DNA of 64,000 nucleotides from the NCBI GenBank assembly GCA_010093745.1, contig MU005964.1, positions 248,001 through 312,000 of the forward strand, given 5' to 3'. This document shows positions 12,740 to 21,556 of the stretch, in pieces. Source of the DNA: Piedraia hortae CBS 480.64 (Eukaryota). Under the pieces are notes generated by a model. That model was not told the DNA's origin. It saw nothing but the letters and a program-made list of their open reading frames with translations, and ran no database searches. The position numbers and the translations under genes were made by a program. Position 1 is the first letter of the stretch. Each line of letters starts with the position of its first letter.

Positions 12740-13927
12740 TTACTTCTTCTCCACCGTTCTCTTGACTCCATTAATAAAAACCTCAATAGCCTCTGCTCCA
12801 CCAAGAGCCATGCTGCTTCCACGCACCATCCCACCGTTCTCCACCTTCAGCCCCAGCGCCTCGGCCACCATGGGTAAACCCCCATCACGCAAAGCAATGG
12901 TGAAGCTGACAACGCTCTGATGGAACTGCGGACTTCTCAGCGCACGCTTGACAATATCCTTCTTCTGCTCGGTGCTAAGTTGTGGCTGATCAACCTCCAT
13001 ATCGCCCTCGTGCGGCTGTACAAACAGCTCAGGCGGCAAAAAGGAGCACAGGTGGTCAATCTGGGAAGCATCTGCAGAGTCAATATAAGGGATCGTGGTT
13101 GCTGGTGTGAGGAGTTCGGGGAGGTTGACGATTGCTTCTTTGGGAGTAGATGAAGGGTTGGTTCTGATGGAATTGAGAAAGTTTTGAACGAGTTGGTTGG
13201 CATCTTGTTGTGAGGGTCTAGAGAACAAAAAAAAGTCAGCTTACCTTTCTGACCATAAGCTGCGTGCGGTTTATTGGAAAGAAATATGCCGTTGCTATGC
13301 ACCATGGAAAAAGGGAAACTCGCTAACACCAACTTACGCTCTGGCCCCATCACTCCCGCCCTCTCGGCTCAGTTCTCCCTCCTGCCTTGGATCGCCACCT
13401 GTAGCATCCTGGCCCGCGCCTCCAGTCTCCATGTCCTCGGTCTCATCAATGTCCATGTGATCGTCATCGTCGTTGTTAGGCCTACGTCCCGAATTTTCAG
13501 CTTCTTGCGTCTCACTAAGTTGCTCGCCCTGAAGCAGAGAGTTCACTATTTCCCCAAGCTTTTGGTCGCGAGAACTGAACCAGTTGAGTTTGCCTCCCGG
13601 GTGTTGCGTCTTGCTCTGCATCCAGAAGTACTTCTTGTCGGGACTACCTTCGAAGGTGAGGACGAAGATGCGGCCCGTCGTAGGGCTTTCGACACTGCCA
13701 TCCTCTGAAGTTCCCCTGGTATAAGGCTTGAAGGTGCACTCCCCTGGAACGAGGAAAAGCTCGAGCTCGGGATCGCTAACGGGAGCGTTGCGTGGGCGCC
13801 AGCAGAAGTGGAAGAGTTCTTCGTCTCGCCATAGATAGAGGTAGCCAGGATCGCGCACGCATTTAACAGTTGTACCCTCTTGGTTGCATTTGCCTGCCTT
13901 GAAAGTTATGGCCGGAGTGCTGGTCAT
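12740..13927 (-). CDS. RPN13: Proteasome ubiquitin receptor Rpn13/ADRM1 (intron 13218-13337)
   Basis: Pru domain (ITFKAGKC, HFCWRPR, KYFWMQ) spliced to DEUBAD-like domain (ALRSPQFHQS...GGL). Confidence 0.9.
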
Positions 13928-14051
13928 TGTTAAGTTGTCGGTCTGTTGAGGTTTCGAGCTTCGCTTCAGAGAGAAGGAAAGTTAGCCGAGCAGCGCGGAA
14001 CTGATTCCTCGCGCACAACACCACGTCTTGGCGTTTTGGCCGGCCAATTTC

Positions 14052-14059
14052 CAGTCACA
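14052..14059 (+). promoter_or_regulatory. Homol-D-like ribosomal-protein promoter box
   Basis: Exact CAGTCACA ~80 bp upstream of the RPL6 ATG. Confidence 0.45.
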
Positions 14060-14137
14060 ACAAGCACCTCTGTAACCTGGACCGGTACGTCCAAAATTTT
14101 GCGCACAATCTCGCCATAACTGACGCTCGCAAAAGCC

Positions 14138-14808
14138 ATGTCTGCCACCACCGCGAAACCGCAGACCAAGAAGTTCCAGAAGGGTGAGAGGACTGTCCCT
14201 CACCACTCGGAGAAGGCGAGTAAGCATTACTTGGCCCACGATGTTGCGCAACGCAAGAAGGTATGGAAGCCTTAAACAGCTAGATGCAACGCTGATCCTG
14301 ACATAATCAGGCCCGCAAGTCGATCCGCCCGTACAAGCCCCGCGCGTCGCTCCAGCCCGGCGCTGTCCTGATCATCCTTGCCGGTCGCTTCCGCGGCAAG
14401 CGTGTTGTCCTCCTCAAGGTCCTCGACCAGGGCATTCTACTTGTCACGGGCCCTTTCAAGGTCAACGGAGTCCCGCTGCGCCGTGTCAATGCGCGCTACG
14501 TAATCGCCACTTCTACTACGGTTCCCTTGACCGGGCTCGACTCCAAGGTCATCGAGAAAGCTGGCGGCCCAGACTACTTCAAGAGAGACAAGAAGGCGGA
14601 CAAGAAGGGATCGGAAGAGGCCTTTTTCAAGCACGCCAAGGGCGAGAAGGGGTCAAAGAAGGAAATCAGCACTGAGCGCGCCGAAGATCAGAAAAAGGTG
14701 GACGATGCCGTCATCAAAGCCATCAAGAAGGAGGCCATGCTCCACCAATACATGAAGACGTCATTTTGCCTGCGTAACGGAGATCGGCCGCACGCAATGG
14801 TCTTTTAA
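14138..14808 (+). CDS. RPL6: 60S ribosomal protein eL6 (intron ~14261-14310)
   Basis: LQPGAVLIILAGRFRGKRVVLLK...TGPFKVNGVPLRRVNARYVIATS; end GDRPHAMVF. Confidence 0.97.
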
Positions 14809-15221
14809 GCGGAGTGTGGTCAATTCTATAGCAAAGATGACGAATCCTGTGCCAATCCTTTGTGTCAATCGTGCATTTGCTATCGCAGCAGTCATCATCA
14901 AACAGGATATTTGCGGGGATAGATTATACACCTTGCCAGAAGGTGGGGGACAGTAATATGAGACGGACAGTGATAGAACAGGGCCCAGTCCCCCGGACTC
15001 GTTGGCTGGGTATGGACCTCGAGTGATATCACTGCTGCCCCATCTCCGAGTAGAGATTGGGAACCTCTTCCCACGAATAACATCTCAAGAAGTCGTCGTC
15101 TATCAAAGGCTCATCTGGAATGCAAACCCTAAAGATATCGACGTGGTGGAGTGGCGGTCTGTGCACCCGCCACCTTGGCACACGGTTTTATTCCGCCCGC
15201 GGAACAACATCCACCCCAATC

Positions 15222-16064
15222 ATGGCAAACAACGATATAGAGTCCTATCATCAATTAGCGCCTCTGACAGCCACCTCGCAACAAAATGGCTATCCGCCGC
15301 CCGGAGTGCACGCGCATCCCGGCGAAGCGGTCGCGCCTGCGGACGAGCACACTAATGGCACCAAGCGCAAGAATGACCACGTCCCGCAGCAACGCGCGAA
15401 GCGCAACCGCTACATCACCATCGCGTGCAACGTAAGCTCCTCCTGCCATGACAATTTCGCGCAACACTGACACTTCCAGGAATGTAAGCGTCGCAAGATC
15501 CGCTGCAACGGCAACACACCTTGTCAGCGTTGCAACAACCTGAACCTCGAGTGCGTGTACGCACCGAACTGCTGCACGGGATTTAAAGACTCCCCAGAGT
15601 ACAAGATGATGACTGAACAAATGGACTCGCTTCAGCAACAGGTTAACCTTCTCTACAGCGATCTGACGAGCCTGCGCACCCAGCTGAACCATCCGTCGCC
15701 GCACATGGGTCAGCACATGCAGGCCCAGCTGCAGGCCCAAATGCAGCCCGCAGCGCATGCCGTCCCTACTTCGCACGCTGCTGACCAGATTGTGTATCAA
15801 TCGACTGCCATTGACCCATCGCTGCAGGCAGAGCGCTTCGCCGTGACACAGGCGCCAAGCAGCGTAGCAGGTGCTATGTCCCCGACCGCAGCCAGGCCGA
15901 AGAATGAGCACGAACAGTATGGCAATGGGCTCGGCATGGAGACACAAGGCGAAAGACCTACAGGCACCAATGGAACGGATGAGAACGAACGCTGGGGCAG
16001 CAACGCTAGGGAAGGACGCACGCACACCACGAGCAAGGAACAACGCACGGGATATCCGACATAG
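15222..16064 (+). CDS. Short Zn(II)2Cys6 transcription factor (intron ~15432-15479)
   Basis: Spliced CNECKRRKIRCNGNTPCQRCNNLNLEC (CX2CX6CX5CX2CX6C), then coiled coil and Q-rich tail. Confidence 0.88.
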
Positions 16065-16354
16065 ATACCAATTGTAGATAGTAGCGTCGGTTGCTCTAGG
16101 GTAGCCGTACCATGACTGTACAAGGGAGACGGGATGGCCGTCAGAGTTTTCGCGGTAGGAAGGTGACGTTTGCCCCACAAGGGGTGACACCGAACTACAA
16201 AGTTCCAAGCGAGACGCGCGCGGCACGCGATTTCGCGACACGCGATCGTCACCCACGCGTAGCAGAATAGAACAAAGCAGATCGGATCAGACCAGTCCCC
16301 CACCCCCCCTCCCGCCTAGCCCCTCCCGTAGCCCCGCCCCCGCTGGGCGCAGCA

Positions 16355-17356
16355 ATGTCTTCCACCTCGCAGGCTCCCGAGAGCTGGATCACGGCATTTT
16401 GCAGCTTAGTGGGCCATGAGTACTTTGCCGAAGTCAGCGAAGACTTTATCGAAGATGACTTCAATCTGACGGGTCTATCCAGCCAGGTGCCCATGTACAA
16501 GGAGGCGCTGGAGATGATCCTGGACGTTGAGCCAGAGGACGTTAGCGACGTCTCGTCTGAGGAAGAAGACGACGACCAGGACGAGGAACTTTCGCTGTCC
16601 GATGATTCGTTGCAGCAACACGGCCAGCGATACAGACGTGTGACGGCGCAGGAACGGCGGCACCTGCGCATGACAAGCGACATCAGCATGATCGAGTCGG
16701 CGGCCGAGATGCTGTACGGCCTCATCCACCAAAGATTCATTACGTCTCGCCAAGGTATTCAACAGATGGCGGAGAAGTACGATCTCGGCCATTTTGGCCA
16801 TTGTCCGCGCGTCAACTGCAATGCTGCCAAGGTGCTGCCTGTCGGATGCTCTGACGTTCCGGGTCAGGAAACGGTGAAGCTGTTCTGTCCCTCGTGTCTA
16901 GACGTTTACACGCCCCCCAACTCTCGCTTTCAAGCCGTAGACGGCGCCTTTTTCGGCACCACATTTGGCTGTCTCTTTCTCATGACCTTTCCGGAGATAG
17001 AGGTTGGCGGCAGACTCGCTTCACAGACAGAGGGCAAGAAAGAAACACTCGCCCTTCCGCCTATTCCTGCAAAGCAGCAGCAGAAGCAGCAGCAGTCATC
17101 ATCATCATCAGCAGCAGCAGCAGCAGCCTCAACAACGGTCAACGGGTTAAACAGTAAGAACCTCGCACCTGGGCTTGGCGAGGGACACATTTACGAGCCG
17201 CGCATCTACGGCTTTAGGATCTCAGAACTGGCCAAGACGGGCCCCCGCATGAGATGGTTACGTTCCAAGCCAAAGGACGTAAGCGAGCTGGACGAAACGA
17301 CTCATTATGAAGAAAGCAAGGAGAGCAGTGGGATGAATGGAGTATCACCGACATGA
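16355..17356 (+). CDS. CKB1: Casein kinase II regulatory beta subunit
   Basis: SWITAFCSLVGHEYF, EDDFNLTGL, CPRVNC...CPSC zinc ribbon, DGAFFGTTF, YEPRIYGF. Confidence 0.96.
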   Translation: MSSTSQAPESWITAFCSLVGHEYFAEVSEDFIEDDFNLTGLSSQVPMYKEALEMILDVEPEDVSDVSSEEEDDDQDEELSLSDDSLQQHGQRYRRVTAQERRHLRMTSDISMIESAAEMLYGLIHQRFITSRQGIQQMAEKYDLGHFGHCPRVNCNAAKVLPVGCSDVPGQETVKLFCPSCLDVYTPPNSRFQAVDGAFFGTTFGCLFLMTFPEIEVGGRLASQTEGKKETLALPPIPAKQQQKQQQSSSSSAAAAAASTTVNGLNSKNLAPGLGEGHIYEPRIYGFRISELAKTGPRMRWLRSKPKDVSELDETTHYEESKESSGMNGVSPT

Positions 17357-17427
17357 CACATCGTTTTCTCACTTCCCTATTGTCATCTGTTTCCGTACCC
17401 TTTCATGCATAATTGTGAGTATGATGA

Positions 17428-17767
17428 TCAATGCCTCCACCATTCCTACAATTGTCAATCACCGTCCAAGTGTGTAGTAGGGAATGGAAACAACTAACCC
17501 GAACATCGCCAACAGCAGCATTCGCAGCATCAGCCCCGAGTGTGCCTGCAAATCCCCACAAAGCAGCTTGCATTGCCTTTTTCCCACCTGTCACTACCCC
17601 ACACTCCTTGACGTTTGACAAAATCAACTTACCTGACCACCGTACATCCTCACGTAGTGATGACACTGATGTCTGCCGGCTTCCTGGTGGAAGATTCCCC
17701 GATCCTGCTGCATTGGAGTCTTTTCATCGCTGGGCGGCGTCTGGAAGTATTGGTTCTGGACAGACAT
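17428..17767 (-). CDS. Small (~79 aa) spliced hypothetical protein with Pin3/Lsb1-like C-terminal motif
   Basis: Two short introns give MSVQNQYFQTPP...HHY|ECGVVTGGKKAMQAALWGFAGTLGADAANAAVGDVR|EWWRH*; first acceptor is AAG. Confidence 0.55.
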
Positions 17768-17869
17768 GATTCTTGGTTCTTCTCCTGTAGAGAGTATAGG
17801 GTAAGGAGAGGGTGTGGTGGTTGTAGGTGGGTTGAAAAGGATGACGCTAATTATATAAGGGCCTGGCCG

Positions 17870-18330
17870 GTACCCCACCTTACCAGGAAAACCTGCCTGC
17901 AGCTTGACGGGTCGGGTTAGTGGATGTGCAGAGGGGTGACTTCGATGGGTGTTCCTTCTTCTATCAGTGAGATCCCCTAGCCCCGAGTTTAGGGCAGGGT
18001 ACTCGACTGGGCAGCCGTTCCACCAAGGTGCAGGTACCCAGAGCTAGACCGAGCACATGATTCCACAAGAGAAGCTCCTTCTTTTGCACTTTATGTTGTT
18101 ACTTTGTAGAAGGGAGTTTGCATGTTTTTTGTGTGCTTCGGAAACTGGACGCTATCTTGTCATTGCCGAGTCTTCTGCTTCGGTAGTCAACAGGGCTTGA
18201 TACTCTCGATGCTGAACACCTGTCCGATGGCTGAACAGCTGTTCGTCCGGATAGGTGTTATGATCAGACCTCGTCTAAACAGTTTGTACCTTGAAGGTTT
18301 AACGATTGCTGTAAGCCTCAACGCCACATT
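17870..18330 (+). ncRNA. Candidate structured non-coding RNA, family unassigned
   Basis: TATATAAG at ~17852 followed by four long hairpins with G-U pairs and a C-UUCG-G tetraloop; no credible ORF. Confidence 0.5.
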
Positions 18331-18349
18331 CATCCCACTCCTTCATTTT

Positions 18350-18850
18350 TCATTGCGTGTTCTGTTCTGCCAGCATTTTCTGACGCAATACCTCCTCCAC
18401 GGCCCGGAGATTATTTGCTTTTCCATTAACGACGACCCCGAGGTCCTTTATGTTCTTGCCCAATTCCTCAATCTTTGCCGAGTAAAACTTCTGTGCGTCG
18501 TCGGTAGATTTCTCGACGTAATATCCCGTTCCTATGTCTACCAGGACATTCTTCGTGTCGCTGAGTCTGCCGGGGACGTAGAGCGAAGACGTCAAGGGGA
18601 CAAGAAGCGGCTTATCTGTTTTTGGGTCGAGTCAGAACTTGATGTAACGCAAAGATATACGAGTATGGAACGTGCCTTTCACACTTCCAGCTACGCCATC
18701 TTTTATGCTTTTTATACAGTCCCGGAACTTTTGCTGCGCCATTTGGAGGCTTTCATAGGAACGGGTGAGATGTTGGACCTCATCGTCAAGCTGTTTTTTG
18801 ACCTGTGCTAACTGCTGGGCAGAGAGACTTGTCAAGTCGACTTTGGACAT
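18350..18850 (-). CDS. GIM5: Prefoldin subunit 5 (alpha type), one intron
   Basis: VDLTSLSAQQLAQVKKQLDDEVQHL...LVPLTSSLYVPGRL...VLVDIGTGYYVEK. Confidence 0.93.
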
Positions 18851-19435
18851 GTTAGGATTTTATCAAGAGATGCTACCGAGTCTACATACCTTGGCGGTCC
18901 TTTTCGCCTGTGCTCGTGTTCATTTTTGGCGTGTGTTGCGAGCGGAATTATGCCGCGTAGCGTGGAGGGCGTTGAAGATCTGATTGGAGTGGGGCTAGAG
19001 GTTAGCATTTTGAATTTTGGAGTTTGCCGTCTCGCTCGGAATCACTTCCGCCTACTTACCAAAATGAGTATTATCGTGTCGCTGTGTCATAAATCACGCA
19101 GTGAGATGCCGAAAGAAGCAACATTATTGATAACTAATGCCGAAATGGGATCATTTGTGAACGGAATTAATTCCGATGAAGACGGCAAGCTCCGAAATTC
19201 GAAATGCTATCCTCTGTGGTGGCTATGCAGGCGATCAAAACCTTCGGGGATCCGTTGCAAGGGCTACTGTGACCGGATTGAAAATTGGGAAGCTGGAGGC
19301 TTCTCTAGAAGTATATAGCTATCAGATGATTTTGACAAGATTGTCTATGTTTTTGATATTCAAGCAGATCCTCAATGGGATCGTGAAGAGTGGCGTAAGG
19401 CAAAAGAGGCGAAGCTAGCCTGGTGGGGCAAGGAG

Positions 19436-19442
19436 TGAGTCA
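19436..19442 (+). promoter_or_regulatory. Gcn4/CpcA response element
   Basis: TGAGTCA (reverse complement TGACTCA) upstream of the CpcA-like bZIP gene. Confidence 0.45.
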
Positions 19443-19663
19443 TTGACCTGATAAATCGAATTTTGTGGCCTCACACTTCTTCTTTCTTTCACCTTCGTTT
19501 ATTGCAAAAGTTGACCACATTGAACGCATCTTCAGCGCCTAGACCTGGGCGCACATAGGTAACAGGTACCCTATTAGCAACCCTGTCAATCCCACCCCAG
19601 TCCGACGCCACGGCGCCCCTTCGGCAGCAATGTGCTCATCAAGCTTCTTTAGAGGTGCCGCTC

Positions 19664-20503
19664 ATGTCGCTGCACGCGATGAGGCCTTTGATCTTGAACG
19701 ATGGTCAGGCTGTCTGCAACACTAGGCACTTGGATATCAGTGCTGCGTATGAACAGTCTTCACAACAGCTCCATGGATCCACTCTTCTGAATAACTCTTT
19801 GAATATGGATATCAGTCAACCGTCAACTCCTTTGGATACGAGCCTCGTTGCACAAGGTCTTGCTGTTCCTTGGGATTTGAACTTGGATCCACAAGACGGT
19901 GATGGTTACGAGTATACTCACGGTCGAGTGTCGGACTGGCAACTGTTCGGCACCAGCTCCCTTGGGGTACTGGGTGCTTCAAATGTGGCCAACACCCTCC
20001 GCCCGGCTGAAGTTTCCTTCTCGTCTGCTCCCCCAATGTACACTCCTGAGTCGTCGGTCATGCTCACGCCTGACGATGTGGCAACGTTTCCATCTGACAC
20101 TTCACTCAATATGCCTTCTCTCTTTACCCCCTCCGAGGCAACCGGCAGCACTCCTATGACCCGCACTGGATCCAGCACGTCTAATCTGGTTGAAATCCAC
20201 CCTGGCGGGGTGTCTGATGTCCCAAAAACGCCTGGTCGCAATCGTCAAGCCCATTCAAGGATCCTCCGTCCTCTGGTTGCAGATCCCAATGACAGGAAGG
20301 AGTTCAAGAAGGCAAAGAACACGGCGGCTGCCAGGAAAAGCCGAGCCAAAAAGAAGGAGCACTTGGAGCGTCAGGAGCAACGCATTGAAGAGCTTGAGGC
20401 GGAATTGGAAAATGCACGTGAGGTTGCAGCTAAATGGAAGGCTCTTGTGCCGGAGGAGATTCGACGTCGGGCTGAACTTGAATTGAACTCCCTCGTTGGA
20501 TGA
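19664..20503 (+). CDS. Gcn4/CpcA(JlbA)-family bZIP transcription factor (start may be 19805)
   Basis: Basic region KKAKNTAAARKSRAKK, zipper ending W-K as in CpcA, SAPP and acidic/hydrophobic activation region. Confidence 0.8.
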   Translation: MSLHAMRPLILNDGQAVCNTRHLDISAAYEQSSQQLHGSTLLNNSLNMDISQPSTPLDTSLVAQGLAVPWDLNLDPQDGDGYEYTHGRVSDWQLFGTSSLGVLGASNVANTLRPAEVSFSSAPPMYTPESSVMLTPDDVATFPSDTSLNMPSLFTPSEATGSTPMTRTGSSTSNLVEIHPGGVSDVPKTPGRNRQAHSRILRPLVADPNDRKEFKKAKNTAAARKSRAKKKEHLERQEQRIEELEAELENAREVAAKWKALVPEEIRRRAELELNSLVG

Positions 20504-20583
20504 ATTAGGAAGACGGCGCTAAAAGTTTTTACTTTAGTGGGAGGAAGATAGCAGTAAAAGTCTTTGGTTTACTGTACTGCCCT

Positions 20584-21412
20584 CTACCTTTTCAATGTGT
20601 TTTTGAATAGATTTCTCATGCGGCCGAGGAAGACGGTGAGATCTCTGGTCTCGTTTAGTTGGTCCTGCGCCTCGTCTAGGCTGTCCCTTTCTATTGTCGG
20701 CTTGGTATCGACAATCTCGTACAGCCGGCCGCCCATGTCCAGGTCGAAGCTGCATTCCTTCCACCTGTCGGTTCTGTCGACCTTCCAGAAGACGAATCGG
20801 AGGCGGTTCTCTATACCTGTCGCTTCCATGCGTAGAGCGAGACTCTGTTCCCAGAAGCTCAACTCCGGTCCATTGTGCTTTGCTTGAGCGTCCAAGGCCC
20901 TCTGCTGCGCCTGCCGCATCTCCTTTTGCGTCTTTACCTGCGCCTGCAGCTGCGCGATGTTGTTCCTCAGCTGCTCATTCTGCCGCTGGAGCTTCTCCTT
21001 GCGCTGTTGCAGGCTGCGAATAGCGCTATGCATCTCCTCCGTCTCGGCCGTTTCGCGCGCCACGGTCGCCGCATGCGCGCTGCTCTGCGACTCGAGCTGG
21101 GCAATCTCCTGCTTGCGCTGCTTTGCGCTTTCTGTTCTTTTTAGTAGCTGTTTACATCTGCTGAAAAGGGCTCTGCTTACCTTCCAACTCGGCCACGCTG
21201 CGTCTAAATGCATCTCGCTCGTCCAGAACCCTCTGTCTGCCGCGCTCGATGAAGGCGTCAAAGCGCAGCGTAAACTGTGCCATTTGCTCGCGCAGGTCAT
21301 TGAAGCCGAAATCGGGCTTGGGCAGCTTGGATGTCCTAGACGGAGCTTCCGCACCCGTCTGAGACTGCGACGCCGACATTGAAGACGAGAAATGGGAGGC
21401 CACGGCCGCCAT
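20584..21412 (-). CDS. SPC25: Ndc80-complex kinetochore protein Spc25 (one intron)
   Basis: FGFNDLREQMAQFTLRFDAFIERGR, coiled coil, NGPELSFWEQSL, LNETRDLTVFLGRMR. Confidence 0.9.
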
Positions 21413-21556
21413 TCTGGGTAGAGATGCTTTGTTTGGAGATGGTGGAGTTGTCAAAATAAACATTAGACCGGCCCGGTCCGTCCGCACTGACTCGCGCATC
21501 TGTTCATTGGCACGGAAATCCCAGAGGAAATCAATCATGTCTTTTCAGAAGAGTGC

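Noticed and set aside
13245..13260. 15-nt microexon within the RPN13 intron
   Set aside because: The downstream intron would be only ~27 nt, below the local minimum
15255..16256. 333-aa minus-strand ORF (likewise 25421-26353 on the plus strand)
   Set aside because: Antisense shadows of GC-rich coding genes
17626..17890. ACTTACCTG / ACCTTACC as a U1 snRNA 5' end
   Set aside because: The first is the reverse complement of a donor-like CAGGTAAGT; no U1 loop I/II motifs or Sm site follow either
17910..18000. Telomerase RNA template in the structured element
   Set aside because: Only partial CTAACCC/CCCTAAA matches; no 1.5-repeat TAACCCTAA template
18122..18811. 229-aa plus-strand ORF
   Set aside because: Antisense shadow of prefoldin 5 and the structured element
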